The notes: generated by a model from the letters alone, not told the origin. Numbered from the stretch's first letter, positions 1 through 9,988 are shown. The stretch: 57,171 bases of DNA from a bacterium (GCA_014384545.1 JACNFQ010000052.1:1-57171), one strand, 5' to 3'. Numbers and translations are program-made.

Positions 1-233
1 GCTCCAACCTCGATGCCCTAGCGGGCATCAATCTGGGCAAATCTCCTACATTTGGAGGAAGAAAGATGCGGTTGGAAGCCCATCTTCTAGACTGGGAAGG
101 CGACCTGCTCAACGACCCCGTTGAGGTTCGGTTTGATACCTACTTGCGAGAAGAGGTAGAATACCCGACAATTGAGGAGCTGCGGCGTCAGCTGGAGAGA
201 GATCTTCAAGCGGTTCGCGGTAATGGAGGATAA
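1..233 (+). CDS. ribF: riboflavin kinase/FMN adenylyltransferase, C-terminal fragment (5' end outside the window)
   Basis: Frame 3 is open from the window edge to TAA 231-233. The translation ...GINLGKSPTFGGRKMRLEAHLLDWEGDLLNDPVEVRFDTYLREEVEYPTIEELRRQLERDL has the riboflavin-kinase-domain end pattern (PTF, EAHLLD..GDL, LR.E..). The ribF-rpsO adjacency is classical. Confidence 0.8.
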   Translation, partial: SNLDALAGINLGKSPTFGGRKMRLEAHLLDWEGDLLNDPVEVRFDTYLREEVEYPTIEELRRQLERDLQAVRGNGG

Positions 234-236
234 TGA

Positions 237-506
237 ATGACGATACACCCTGAGGTTAAGTCTCAGATCATAAAGGACTTTGCCCTAACCCCCGAGGATA
301 CAGGTAGCCCAGAAGTGCAGGTTGCTCTACTTACATACCGTATCAAGCAACTGACTGAACATCTGGAGAAAAACCGCAAAGACAACCACTCTCGAAGAGG
401 GTTCCTTGCCCTGATTCAGCGCCGTCGAGATCTCTTGGCTTATCTTAGAGAAAACGAGAACGAACGGTACCAATCCCTAATCAAGCGTCTCTCGCTAAGG
501 AGATAA
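237..506 (+). CDS. rpsO: 30S ribosomal protein S15
   Basis: 89 aa with typical S15 sequence ([48 protein letters not shown]). Confidence 0.97.
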   Translation: MTIHPEVKSQIIKDFALTPEDTGSPEVQVALLTYRIKQLTEHLEKNRKDNHSRRGFLALIQRRRDLLAYLRENENERYQSLIKRLSLRR

Positions 507-508
507 TC

Positions 509-1048
509 ATGACAAATCAACTCTCCGTTGAACTGCGCCAACAGTGCGGCACTTCGGCTGCAAAGGGAATACGAAGGGAGGGCAAGGTGCCCGGTGTTGT
601 TTATGGGGCAAACCGCGAACCCCTCTCAGTTTCGGTCAACCGTCAAGAGGCGTTGAACGCCCTAGACGAAGTGTACAAAGGGACCCAATTGTTGCTCGTG
701 GACATATCAGGAAAAGAGACGGTTTCTGCTATTATTCGGGAAGTCCAAACACATTACATGGATGGAACTTTACAGAATCTAGACATCTGGGTTGTTAACC
801 CCAAGAAAGAGATTACAGTCAAGGTCTACTTGATTCCCACAGGTGATTGGGATCTCCAGCGGGCCAAGGGGTTTCATATGGAAATCAAATCGATCAAGGT
901 AACAGGGCTTCCAGAAAACCTTCCGGGAACAGTTCCCTTTTCTACAACGAACTTAGCCGAGGGGGAGAAACTTCGTATCAAAGATATAGCTCTTCCAGAA
1001 GGAATCTCTATCGCAGAACACGGAAACACCGTCGTCTGTCGACAGTAG
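509..1048 (+). CDS. rplY: 50S ribosomal protein L25 / general stress protein Ctc
   Basis: 179 aa. The N-terminus (AKGIRREGKVPGVVYG...PLSVSV) is typical of L25/Ctc, and the gene sits immediately upstream of pth as in many bacteria. Confidence 0.9.
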   Translation: MTNQLSVELRQQCGTSAAKGIRREGKVPGVVYGANREPLSVSVNRQEALNALDEVYKGTQLLLVDISGKETVSAIIREVQTHYMDGTLQNLDIWVVNPKKEITVKVYLIPTGDWDLQRAKGFHMEIKSIKVTGLPENLPGTVPFSTTNLAEGEKLRIKDIALPEGISIAEHGNTVVCRQ

Positions 1049-1053
1049 ACCGG

Positions 1054-1632
1054 CTGGTCGCTACGCTGGGAAACCCTGGCGACAATTACGCAAGTAGCCG
1101 GCACAATATCGCTTGGCGTCTTGCTGATTTCCTTAGAGAGCGGGAAGGTTGGTCCCCTTGGAAATCTGTTAGAAGTGGTTTCTTGGGACTCCGAAGAGCA
1201 AAAGGTCTTTGGTCGTTTGGGGTATGGAAAGGACTAAACATCGCACTCCTAAAACCGACCACTTTCATGAACAAATCGGGGGGACCCATCTATCAAATCC
1301 TCAAGAACGAATCTCTGCCACTTGAGGCTCTACTTGTGGTAGCTGATGATATCCATCTTGAGCCTGGCAAGGCCCGCATTCGCGCCCAAGGGAGCCATGG
1401 GGGGCACAACGGACTCTCCCATATTTCTGATACCCTAAGAACGACGAACTACCCTCGGTTTAGGTTGGGTGTGGGTAGTGACAAGGGTAATAATCTAGTT
1501 GACCATGTTCTTTCACCTTTGGACGCCCCTGACGAAGCCAGAATCCAATCTCGTTTTGACCACTTTGGAGATGCTCTCCTTTGTTGGGCAAAGGAGGGTT
1601 TTCCATCATGCCAAGACCTTCTTGCTAGGTAA
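1054..1632 (+). CDS. pth: peptidyl-tRNA hydrolase (start codon uncertain)
   Basis: LVATLGNPGDNYASSRHNIAW...FMNKSG...VVADDIHL..G..R....GSHGGHNGL are Pth hallmarks. The ORF-track start (TTG 847) would overlap rplY by 200 nt. There is no ATG/GTG/TTG between 850 and 1054, so CTG 1054 or CTG 1036 is assumed. Confidence 0.85.
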   Translation: MVATLGNPGDNYASSRHNIAWRLADFLREREGWSPWKSVRSGFLGLRRAKGLWSFGVWKGLNIALLKPTTFMNKSGGPIYQILKNESLPLEALLVVADDIHLEPGKARIRAQGSHGGHNGLSHISDTLRTTNYPRFRLGVGSDKGNNLVDHVLSPLDAPDEARIQSRFDHFGDALLCWAKEGFPSCQDLLAR

Positions 1633-1666
1633 ACTCCTTTTCTCTTTTTCGGATATAGAATAAAGT

Positions 1667-2524
1667 ATGCCTGAACAGGACTCGGGTGCCCCCCTTCTTT
1701 CTATAGATTCCGCGCCCTATGCCCTCTCCCAGTTAGAAGCATTTGCTCGAAAATGCCGAGTTGATATTCTCAGGATGACCACACGGGCACAATCGGGACA
1801 TCCAGGTGGCTCCCTATCAGCGATTGATCTTCTTGTCGCTCTTTATGGAACCCAACTTAGGGTTAGCCCAGCTGCTCCAAATAACCCCCACAGAGACCGT
1901 TTTATCCTGAGTAAAGGGCACGCCAGCCCTAGTGTCTATGCCGTATTGGCACAAGCGGGGTTTCTGAGTGAGGATGATTTGGATCGGTTTCGTACGCTTG
2001 GTGGCGTCTGCCAAGGGCATGTCGATGTTCGATGTCCCGGAGTTGATTTTTCGGGTGGGTCGTTGGGTATGGGACTTTCCTTTGGGGTAGGGTGTGCTTT
2101 GGCAGCTCGCTTAGATGGAAATGACCGAACAGTTACCGTCATGATGGGAGATGGAGAACTCCAAGAAGGACAGTTGTGGGAAGCTGCGATGTCGGCGTCG
2201 CACCACAAACTGGGAAACCTCAAGGGAATCGTTGATTTGAATGGTATCCAAAATGACGACTTCTGCTACCAACAGATGGACATGGGTGATATCGCTTCCA
2301 AGTGGTCTGCCTTTGGTTGGGCAACTCGGAGCCTTGACGGACATAATATGGAAGAGATTGTGGAGGGTTTAGCGTGGCAACACGAACAACAGAACGGACC
2401 CTCTGTCCTCTTAGCAAATACGATAAAAGGTAAAGGAGTTTCGTTCATGGAGAACAACCCCAAGTACCATGGCTGTGCTGCAACCCCTGAAGAACTCGTC
2501 GTTGCCTTGGAGGCACTCGGATGA
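1667..2524 (+). CDS. tkt: transketolase, N-terminal (TPP-binding) subunit
   Basis: 285 aa with SGHPGGSLS, LSKGHASP and GDGELQEG motifs. There is a 4-nt overlap with the next gene, as in split transketolases. Confidence 0.9.
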   Translation: MPEQDSGAPLLSIDSAPYALSQLEAFARKCRVDILRMTTRAQSGHPGGSLSAIDLLVALYGTQLRVSPAAPNNPHRDRFILSKGHASPSVYAVLAQAGFLSEDDLDRFRTLGGVCQGHVDVRCPGVDFSGGSLGMGLSFGVGCALAARLDGNDRTVTVMMGDGELQEGQLWEAAMSASHHKLGNLKGIVDLNGIQNDDFCYQQMDMGDIASKWSAFGWATRSLDGHNMEEIVEGLAWQHEQQNGPSVLLANTIKGKGVSFMENNPKYHGCAATPEELVVALEALG

Positions 2525-3462
2525 GCTTTGGTGCTTCCCGAGATGGCTATGGAGAGGCTCTACTAGAACTTTCCTCTAACGAAAAAGTCGTCGTTCTAGA
2601 GGCCGACTTGGGCAAGAGCACCAAGAGTTGCTGGTTTCGTGCAAAATACCCCGAACGCACTTTCTCTTTTGGGATCGCCGAACAGAACATGGTTCTGGCG
2701 GCGGCTGGGTTGGCATCTTCGGGCTACATCCCGTTTGCTAGCACTTTTTCTATCTTCTGTGAACGCGCCTTTGAACAGATGCGTAACGGGGTTGCTCGGC
2801 CTGGTTATGCCGTCCATCTATGTGGCAGTCACGGTGGCATACACACCGGCGAAGATGGTTCGTCTGCTCAGGCGATTGAAGACCTCTCGGTCTTTAGGAG
2901 TATTCCAAAGCTCACCGTTCTCCATCCCTGCGATGATATCTCTGCCCGTATCCTGACCTGTCAATTGGCTGAATCTAGGCATCCTTCTTACACGCGAACT
3001 GCAAGGAATAAAGTGCCTCGGCTATATGAGGGGAAAGAGAGCGTATTGCGGATTGGGAAAGGTGTTACTCTTCGCCAGGGGCGTGATGTAGCAATCTTAG
3101 CGGTGGGGGTGATGGTTCATAGGGCCTTGGATGCTGCACAACAGTTGTCCAAAGAGGGGATTGAGGCAACCGTAGCCGATTTCCATACCCTAAAGCCACT
3201 GGATGAAGATCTTGTGGGGGAACTTGCGCATCGGTGTGGAGCTTTCGTTACAGCTGAAGACCACTCACTCATTGGGGGACTTGGTGGTGCAGTCGCCGAA
3301 TCTCTCTCTCAAATCCATCCTGTCCCCCTAGAACGCGTGGGTGTCAAGGACCGGTTTGGTGAATCAGGCAAACCCGAACCCCTTATGGATATGATGGGGC
3401 TAACCGCAGAGGATATCGTAGCAGCAGCAAAGAGAGCAATTACCCGAAAGGAGACCAACTGA
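2521..3462 (+). CDS. tkt: transketolase, C-terminal (pyrimidine-binding) subunit
   Basis: 313 aa with FGIAEQNMV and GEDGSSAQAIEDL motifs, followed by a C-terminal transketolase domain. Confidence 0.9.
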   Translation: MSFGASRDGYGEALLELSSNEKVVVLEADLGKSTKSCWFRAKYPERTFSFGIAEQNMVLAAAGLASSGYIPFASTFSIFCERAFEQMRNGVARPGYAVHLCGSHGGIHTGEDGSSAQAIEDLSVFRSIPKLTVLHPCDDISARILTCQLAESRHPSYTRTARNKVPRLYEGKESVLRIGKGVTLRQGRDVAILAVGVMVHRALDAAQQLSKEGIEATVADFHTLKPLDEDLVGELAHRCGAFVTAEDHSLIGGLGGAVAESLSQIHPVPLERVGVKDRFGESGKPEPLMDMMGLTAEDIVAAAKRAITRKETN

Positions 3463-3464
3463 CC

Positions 3465-4130
3465 ATGGAGATTTATCTAGATACAGCAATCGTTGATGAA
3501 ATCAAGGAAATCCAAGAGTGGGGTCTCGTTCGAGGCGTAACGACCAACCCCAGTTTGATTGCCCAAACGGGGCGAGACTATAAGGACGCTGTGATGGAGG
3601 TTCTTTCCTTAGTAGATGGTCCTGTTTCGGTAGAAACTCTCTCGGATAACGCTGCCGAAATCGTCTCCCAGGGGGAAGAGTATGCGACATGGGGAGATCT
3701 TGTCGTTGTCAAGGTGGCGACCACTGTTGAAGGACTAAAGGCGATTTCTCAGTTGCGGGCGTTGGGTATTCCCACCAATGCGACTCTCATCTTTTCGCTC
3801 AATCAAAGTATCCTAGCTGCAGAAGCGGGTGCTAACTACATCTCCCCCTTTGTGGGTAGATTGGATGATATTGGCGGGGACGGGATTGGGCTCGTTGCTG
3901 AATCGGTTGACTATGTGGAAGAAAACGACCTTGATTGCGATGTGATTTCTGCCAGTTTACGCCACCCTCAACATCTTGAAGATTCCGCCAAAGTCGGAGC
4001 TCATATTGCGACTTGTCCCCCCTCCTTACTTAAGAAGGCACTCAAGCACCCCCTTAGTGATATCGGTCTGGCAGCGTTCTTTTCGGATTGGAGAAAGGCA
4101 AGTAGAAATGTAAGGGGGTTGGAAGAATGA
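3465..4130 (+). CDS. tal: transaldolase, short (fructose-6-phosphate aldolase-like) type
   Basis: 221 aa. MEIYLDTA...GVTTNPSL...VKV..T.EGL.A...L...GI.TNATLIFS...A..AA.AGA.YISPFVGR is the short Tal/Fsa family pattern. Confidence 0.9.
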   Translation: MEIYLDTAIVDEIKEIQEWGLVRGVTTNPSLIAQTGRDYKDAVMEVLSLVDGPVSVETLSDNAAEIVSQGEEYATWGDLVVVKVATTVEGLKAISQLRALGIPTNATLIFSLNQSILAAEAGANYISPFVGRLDDIGGDGIGLVAESVDYVEENDLDCDVISASLRHPQHLEDSAKVGAHIATCPPSLLKKALKHPLSDIGLAAFFSDWRKASRNVRGLEE

Positions 4131-5746
4131 AATATATCTTCGTTACCGGTGGGAACATCTCTGCTTTGGGAAAAGGCATCGCTGCAGCAAGTGTAGGGAC
4201 TTTGCTCAAGGCACGCGGGTGGAATGTGGCAGCTGTAAAAGTAGATCCCTATCTAAATGTAGACGCTGGCACGATGAGCCCCTACCAGCATGGAGAGGTA
4301 TTTGTAACGAAAGATGGTGCCGAGACCGATTTGGATTTGGGTCATTACGAGCGTTTCTTAGATACCGACCTCTTCCAAGTCAATAATGTGACCGCAGGCA
4401 GAGTTTATCGGAATGTCCTTGACAAGGAGCGCAAAGGGGAGTATCTGGGTGCTACAGTCCAGGTTGTCCCCCACGTCATCAACGAAATCAAATCTCTCAT
4501 CAAGACTGCAGGTGAAGGGAAAGAAATCCTGTTGGTAGAACTAGGAGGCACAGTAGGTGATATTGAAAGTGCCGCCTTTGTAGAGTCGATTAGACAGTTT
4601 AGGAAAGATGTAGGGCAAGAGAATGTCTGTTATATCCATTTGACTTTGCTTCCTTACATTCCCAGTGCGGGAGAAGTCAAGACAAAACTTACACAGCACT
4701 CGGTTAGGGAGCTTCGTGGCTTAGGGATTCAGCCCGATATCATCATCGCAAGAACGACTCAACCGATTGATCAATCTGTTCGAGACAAGATCGCTTTGTT
4801 TTGTGATATCTCAACCGATGCGGTGATTCAAGGGCTTGATACGAACTGTATCTACCGAATTCCCCTCAAGATGGAATCGGAAGGACTAGCCAGACAGGTA
4901 GAAGCTGCTTTGGGATTAGAGCCCCGCAAACCTTCCTTGGGTGATTGGACGGATTTTGTGGAGTCGGTTGTCTCTTCTCCTAAAAAGATAGAGGTCGCAA
5001 TTGTCGGAAAATACATCACACTTGAAGATTCTTACAAATCCGTTACAGAAGCCCTTATCCATGCTGGAGCAGCTTCTCAAAGGCAAGTGACGATTCGATG
5101 GGTTCATGCCTCGGATGTCAAGAGCGAAGAAGATGCGGATCGCCTCCTCTCTGGCGTCCATGGCGTCGTCGTACCTGGAGGGTTTGATAACCGAGGGCTA
5201 GAAGGGAAGATCGCTGCAGCTAAGTGGTGCCGTGAAACAGATACCCCCTATTTGGGTCTCTGTCTGGGGCTTCAAGTGATGGTAATAGAGTTTGCCCGCA
5301 ACGTGGCGGGTTTAGCAGGGGCAAACACCACCGAGGCTGAACCCGACACCCCTTATCCCGTCATCGCCCTCCTAGAAGAGCAAGAGCGTATTCGATACAA
5401 AGGGGGCACGATGCGTTTGGGGGATTACCCCTGCCATCTCAAAGAGGGGACTTTGGCCCACCGACTTTATGGTAAATCTGAGATTGCAGAGCGCCACCGC
5501 CACCGCTACGAAGTAAACAATGCTTGGAGAGAGATACTAGAAGAAGAGGGGATCCTTTGGAGTGGCTGTTCCCCCGATGGATTCTTGGTTGAAGTAGCAG
5601 AACTCCCTCATCACCCTTTCTTCATTGCGAGCCAGTTCCACCCCGAGTTTACCAGCCGACCATTAGCACCCAATCCTCTCTTTGGTGGTTTCCTAAGAGC
5701 CGCTGTTTCCCTAGCCCAACAGAGAATTACCCTAGCCAAGAAGTAA
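4127..5746 (+). CDS. pyrG: CTP synthase
   Basis: 539 aa. MKYIFVTGG..S.LGKGI, DPYLNVDAGTMSPYQHGEVFVT and a C-terminal glutamine amidotransferase domain (GLCLGLQ, HRHRYEVN). Confidence 0.97.
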   Translation: MKYIFVTGGNISALGKGIAAASVGTLLKARGWNVAAVKVDPYLNVDAGTMSPYQHGEVFVTKDGAETDLDLGHYERFLDTDLFQVNNVTAGRVYRNVLDKERKGEYLGATVQVVPHVINEIKSLIKTAGEGKEILLVELGGTVGDIESAAFVESIRQFRKDVGQENVCYIHLTLLPYIPSAGEVKTKLTQHSVRELRGLGIQPDIIIARTTQPIDQSVRDKIALFCDISTDAVIQGLDTNCIYRIPLKMESEGLARQVEAALGLEPRKPSLGDWTDFVESVVSSPKKIEVAIVGKYITLEDSYKSVTEALIHAGAASQRQVTIRWVHASDVKSEEDADRLLSGVHGVVVPGGFDNRGLEGKIAAAKWCRETDTPYLGLCLGLQVMVIEFARNVAGLAGANTTEAEPDTPYPVIALLEEQERIRYKGGTMRLGDYPCHLKEGTLAHRLYGKSEIAERHRHRYEVNNAWREILEEEGILWSGCSPDGFLVEVAELPHHPFFIASQFHPEFTSRPLAPNPLFGGFLRAAVSLAQQRITLAKK

Positions 5747-5752
5747 ACCTTT

Positions 5753-6610
5753 CTAAACAGCGATATGGACCGCCCCTTCTCTCTCTATTTGAAGGGGAAG
5801 TGGTGCCATCACCAAATCGCCATCGACAGCCAAAGGGACCTCTATTCCCTCTTTGCCCGAAACGACAAATTGATTCCCCACACCTCTAAAAACATCCTTT
5901 TTGGTCAGTTTTCCCTTCTCTGCTCGGGGAAGTAAGAAGGGTAACGCCATCCGAGAACGAGGCAAAAAGACCGCCAGATCCAAGTTACCATCAGAGGGAT
6001 CTGCTTGTGGCGCAATCTGAATCCCCCCCCCTGTAAGTCCACTATTGAACAGCCCCATCCAAAATGTCTCGCCTTCCCACTTGCACCCAACACCATCCAC
6101 CCGGAGATTCAGGAGGGGGAGGGAGGGGAGGGTCATTAAGAAGATCAATCTGTAATCAAGCCATTTTGGCACCGTTTCCCGCACTTTATTAACCTCGCCA
6201 TCTAATCCAATTCCAAACGAGTTAACGAAGCGTATTCGGTGACCTTGTTTATCTGTTGCAACCCATAAGTCAACGTCTTTCCACTGGGGATTCCTTAATC
6301 GTTCCTTAGCCTCGCTTAGATTCCCAGGAGTTAGCCCCATCCGACGCGCCAAATCGTTTCCATGTCCCAAGGGAACGGGGATAATGCGGGCACCCGGTCC
6401 TAGCGCTTCAACAGCCTCTCGCAAAGTGCCATCCCCCCCCACCACAGCGACTGGATTCTGACCCTTTGAAGAGGCCCAACTCTCCCTGTCTGTCACAACC
6501 TCACAGTTCCCCAAGACCTGAGCAATACCGTTTACTCCCCCTCCAAACGCCCTTACAGCTCGCGCCTTGGGATTGACCCACAGGGGGACTTTAGTCACGG
6601 GAGACAACAC
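5753..6610 (-). CDS. diacylglycerol/lipid kinase family protein (YegS/BmrU-like)
   Basis: 285 aa with the GGDGTLREAV catalytic-domain motif and typical DAGK_cat architecture. Confidence 0.8.
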   Translation of the reverse strand: MLSPVTKVPLWVNPKARAVRAFGGGVNGIAQVLGNCEVVTDRESWASSKGQNPVAVVGGDGTLREAVEALGPGARIIPVPLGHGNDLARRMGLTPGNLSEAKERLRNPQWKDVDLWVATDKQGHRIRFVNSFGIGLDGEVNKVRETVPKWLDYRLIFLMTLPSLPLLNLRVDGVGCKWEGETFWMGLFNSGLTGGGIQIAPQADPSDGNLDLAVFLPRSRMALPFLLPRAEKGKLTKKDVFRGVGNQFVVSGKEGIEVPLAVDGDLVMAPLPLQIEREGAVHIAV

Positions 6611-7277
6611 CCGCTACGACAGAGGAGACCCCCTTAGACAAGAGAGCGTTTGAAGATGCCCGTAGAGTAGACCCCGTCGTCATCACATCATCCAGCAAGA
6701 GGATTCGTGCCCCAAATAACTCGGGACCCTCGGCACAGACGAAAGCCCCTTTTAGATTTGCGCGCCTCTCCTCTCTGGAAAGCCCTCTTTGGGGGGGCGT
6801 AGGTCGTGCCCTCAATAGGCGTCCCCTAAAGGGCCACCCTTTGAGGCGAGAGATCTCTTTTGCTAAGAGAGCTGGGGGGTTGTATCCTCGCTCTCTTCTC
6901 CGCTCTGGCCACATGGGAACTGCTTCTACCGCTGAAAACTCCTCATTCTCTAAGTGCTCCACCAAGAGTTCAGCCAACAGGGGGGCAATCCAAGGAGAAG
7001 TCTCTTTGAATCTACGAGCCACCCGAGACCATGCCCCTTCATGCCTTCCAAGAGCAACCGTCTTCTCTAGGGGAATAGGTTCGACAGCACACGCTGGACA
7101 TCCTTCTCTGTCAAGGATCTCGGCACACCTAGGGCAGATTGGTTCTTTCTTGGGAGCACTCTCCTTACAAGGGGGACATAAAAGCCCCAAACTAGGACGA
7201 CTACAAGAAACACATTGCGCTACGGGGAACAACAGTGCCCCCACTTGCCGACCCCAGTGGCTAACCCAAGAACGCAC
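6591..7277 (-). CDS. comF: ComF family protein (phosphoribosyltransferase domain)
   Basis: N-terminal paired CxxC motifs (CVSC, CPPC, CPRC, CPAC) and a C-terminal PRTase motif ILLLDDVMTTGSTL. Confidence 0.75.
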   Translation of the reverse strand: MRSWVSHWGRQVGALLFPVAQCVSCSRPSLGLLCPPCKESAPKKEPICPRCAEILDREGCPACAVEPIPLEKTVALGRHEGAWSRVARRFKETSPWIAPLLAELLVEHLENEEFSAVEAVPMWPERRRERGYNPPALLAKEISRLKGWPFRGRLLRARPTPPQRGLSREERRANLKGAFVCAEGPELFGARILLLDDVMTTGSTLRASSNALLSKGVSSVVAGVVSRD

Positions 7278-8676
7278 GGGTAGAAAACCCCTCCAGAAGG
7301 GGAATCGTCTCTACGCGCCCCCCAGCCGCTTTCGTCTCTTTAGCACCCACTATCTCGTGGGGGGAGTAATCCCCCCCCTTGATGAGGATGTCGGGATAAT
7401 CAATGGTGGACAGAAGTGTGGCTGGTGTCTCTTCTCCAAAAGGTATCACCAAATCAACGAAAGGTATGTCACAAAGTGCCTCTACTCTCCTCTCCATCCT
7501 GTTTTGGGGGCGACCCTTCCCTTTTAGATTTCTAACCGAGAGATCATCATTTAGCCCCACAATCAACCGATCCCCCCTAGAGGCAGCCTGGGCTAATAAC
7601 GAGAGGTGCCCTGCGTGAAGCCCGTCAAAACAGCCATTCGTGAAGATGATTGTTTCCCCCTTTTTTCGCCACTCTTCTATCCGCGTTTTCCCTTCGTCTT
7701 GTCCCGCACCAAAGCCCCGTGGAGGAGATAAGACAAGACGCCCGATATCCCCTACAGATAGTATTGATGTGTCTGGTCGCGTTACGGAGAGTCCAGCCGC
7801 ATCGTTTGCCAAACGAATCATCTCTTCCCACTTTACCCCAGAAGCGAACCCCGCAGCTAACAGTGAAACGACCACATCCCCTGCACCCGTCACATCAAAC
7901 AGACGGTGGACTTTCCCCGATACGGATCCCGTTTCTCCATCCTGCCTTGCCCAAGCCATGCCTTGGGCTGCCAAGGTAATCACCACAGCCTCTATACCCA
8001 ATCCCTCTACCAATTGTGTTGCCGCCTTGATACCTCCAACTCGCCCTTCCAAAAGGGGGTGTCCAAGCAAGCGCTCGGCTTCCTTTTTGTTGGGCGTCAA
8101 AACACCACAACCTCTATACCTATTTCTATGGGGCGGCTTAGGGTCTGCAACGGTGGGAATTCCCCAATCCCGCGCTTTCTCTAGATGTGCTTGTAGAGAA
8201 GTAGCTGATAGAGCTCCCTTTCCGTAGTCTGAAAGAACCAAGACATCATCCTCTTTGCAAACGCACGCCTCTTCGGGCGAGATTTTCTCTGGGGGAGACT
8301 CGCGGTCAACCCTAAGTAAATGTCTTCCCTTCCCGATATATCTAGTTTTAGTGGTGGTTTCCGTATCGGTGATTACCCGAACACCTTCTAGACGAACCCG
8401 GCTCCGGGAGAGACAAGCCAACAGAGATTGACCCTCTTCATCGTCTCCCACCGAACCCTGAAGAGCTACATCTGCCCCCAAAGTCGCTAGTTGTGTGGCA
8501 ACTACCCCTGCTCCCCCAGCTGTTTCCCGAACCGTTCCCTCTAAGAGAATCGGTACGGGCGCTTCTGGACTTTGACGAGGAATCAATCCCCTGACAAAAC
8601 GATCTAACATCAAGTCGCCCACCACGCGAATCCTGCTTCCAAGAGGAAGATGTTTTCGCAAGCGCTCGCACTTCAC
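7261..8676 (-). CDS. hldE: bifunctional D-beta-D-heptose 7-phosphate kinase / heptose 1-phosphate adenylyltransferase
   Basis: 471 aa. The N-terminal half is a PfkB-type sugar kinase (DVTGAGD). The C-terminal half is a cytidylyltransferase (FTNGCFDGLHAGHLSLL). Confidence 0.9.
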   Translation of the reverse strand: MKCERLRKHLPLGSRIRVVGDLMLDRFVRGLIPRQSPEAPVPILLEGTVRETAGGAGVVATQLATLGADVALQGSVGDDEEGQSLLACLSRSRVRLEGVRVITDTETTTKTRYIGKGRHLLRVDRESPPEKISPEEACVCKEDDVLVLSDYGKGALSATSLQAHLEKARDWGIPTVADPKPPHRNRYRGCGVLTPNKKEAERLLGHPLLEGRVGGIKAATQLVEGLGIEAVVITLAAQGMAWARQDGETGSVSGKVHRLFDVTGAGDVVVSLLAAGFASGVKWEEMIRLANDAAGLSVTRPDTSILSVGDIGRLVLSPPRGFGAGQDEGKTRIEEWRKKGETIIFTNGCFDGLHAGHLSLLAQAASRGDRLIVGLNDDLSVRNLKGKGRPQNRMERRVEALCDIPFVDLVIPFGEETPATLLSTIDYPDILIKGGDYSPHEIVGAKETKAAGGRVETIPLLEGFSTRAFLG

Positions 8677-9218
8677 AGAAGGAGCCTCTCGGTAAGTGAA
8701 ACAAAACCTTCAAATATCTCCGTAAAGGGAGGGAGAATCTCCGGAGCAATCCTCTCGCCCTGCCCCGTCCGCACCAAGGCAGTTTTCATGCCTAGACTGT
8801 AAGGAGCTAAGAGATCTCGGGGGGTGTCCCCCACAGCCCACGAAAGTGAAGGGTCGATACTCCATTCTTCTATCGCCTGGTGAAACATCCCGGGCGCAGG
8901 CTTTCTACACGCGCTGTTCTTATCAAAATCAGGGTGGTGCGGGCAGAAGTAATAGGCATCAATAGACGCATTGCTTCTACTTAGAATCTCACTCATTCGG
9001 TGATGAATCGCTTCTACATCTCTAGAAGTATGAAACCCCCTTGCTACGCCCGACTGGTTCGTAATCACGATGCGTAAGTACTCCGCTTTTTCCCAATCAA
9101 GCAGAGCTTTCTCGACTCCTTCATAGAACTGCACGCCATCTGGTGTGGCTAGATAGCCCCCATTATCAATCAGGGTGCCGTCCCTGTCAAGAAAGACCGC
9201 TTTTCTCACAAACCCCAA
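8673..9218 (-). CDS. gmhB: D-glycero-D-manno-heptose 1,7-bisphosphate phosphatase
   Basis: 181 aa HAD phosphatase (AVFLDRDGTLI, ITNQSGVARG, CPHHP...C.CRKP). Its stop region overlaps the hldE start. Confidence 0.85.
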   Translation of the reverse strand: MGFVRKAVFLDRDGTLIDNGGYLATPDGVQFYEGVEKALLDWEKAEYLRIVITNQSGVARGFHTSRDVEAIHHRMSEILSRSNASIDAYYFCPHHPDFDKNSACRKPAPGMFHQAIEEWSIDPSLSWAVGDTPRDLLAPYSLGMKTALVRTGQGERIAPEILPPFTEIFEGFVSLTERLLL

Positions 9219-9988
9219 TGGGGGGCAAGCCGACCGATAAGGGTATCCATCTCATCCAAGGGCACCATATTGGGGCCATCACTTGGCGCCTTTTCAGGGT
9301 TGGGATGAGTCTCCAAGAACAAGCCCATAGCACCTGCTGCCAACGCCGCTTTTGCCAAAGGCTCAATGAACTCGCGTTGTCCCGATGAAACACCATCTCC
9401 ACCACCCGGAAGTTGAACCGAATGGGTCGCATCAAAAACGACGGGTCCCCACCTTTTCATAATGGGAATCCCACGCATATCTACAACCAAATTGCGGTAG
9501 CCAAAAGTGGAACCTCTTTCACACAAGAGAACAGGAACCTCCCCCCCCAATCTGACTTTCTCCACGGCATGCCCCATATCTTCAGGGTGGAGAAACTGCC
9601 CTTTCTTGACATTAACAGGAAGCCCCGTTGCCCCGCATGCTTCAAGCAAATCAGTTTGACGACATAAAAATGCTGGCGTTTGGAGCACGTCCACTACCCC
9701 AGCCACCTTTACGGCTTGTTCCGGATGATGCACGTCGGTCAGCACCGCCAAGTCCGTCTTTTCTTTCACTAAAGCCAGAATGCGGAGACCCTCTTCTAAC
9801 CCCACACCCCTGTAGGAATCCCCCTTTGTTCTGTTCGCCTTATCCCAAGATCCCTTGAAAATAACGGGGATGCGCTGCTCAACAGAGAGCTGGACAAGGC
9901 TCTCTGCCACTTCAAGAGAAAGAGCCTCGCTTTCTAGGGAACATGGACCTGCAATGAGAAAGGGTGCGTGAAAATCAGGAAGAGCCAC
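9206..9988 (-). CDS. kdsA: 3-deoxy-8-phosphooctulonate (Kdo-8-P) synthase
   Basis: 260 aa with IAGPCSLES, FKGSWDKANR, LQTPAFLCRQTDL and DATHSVQLPGG motifs. Confidence 0.93.
   Translation of the reverse strand: MALPDFHAPFLIAGPCSLESEALSLEVAESLVQLSVEQRIPVIFKGSWDKANRTKGDSYRGVGLEEGLRILALVKEKTDLAVLTDVHHPEQAVKVAGVVDVLQTPAFLCRQTDLLEACGATGLPVNVKKGQFLHPEDMGHAVEKVRLGGEVPVLLCERGSTFGYRNLVVDMRGIPIMKRWGPVVFDATHSVQLPGGGDGVSSGQREFIEPLAKAALAAGAMGLFLETHPNPEKAPSDGPNMVPLDEMDTLIGRLAPHWGL

Noticed and set aside
847-1053. 5' extension of the pth ORF starting at TTG 847.
   Set aside because: It overlaps rplY by 200 nt in another frame and encodes a basic low-complexity peptide. Pth homology only begins at about 1050.
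7640-8227. Long plus-strand ORFs (195 aa, 109 aa, 92 aa) across 7.6-8.2 kb.
   Set aside because: They lie antisense to the well-supported hldE gene and have Pro/Ser/Arg-rich, motif-free translations typical of shadow frames. The same applies to 6841-7527, 10896-11387, 12141-13469, 28244-29086, 37367-38444, 42293-44311, 54385-54732 and 54993-55418.
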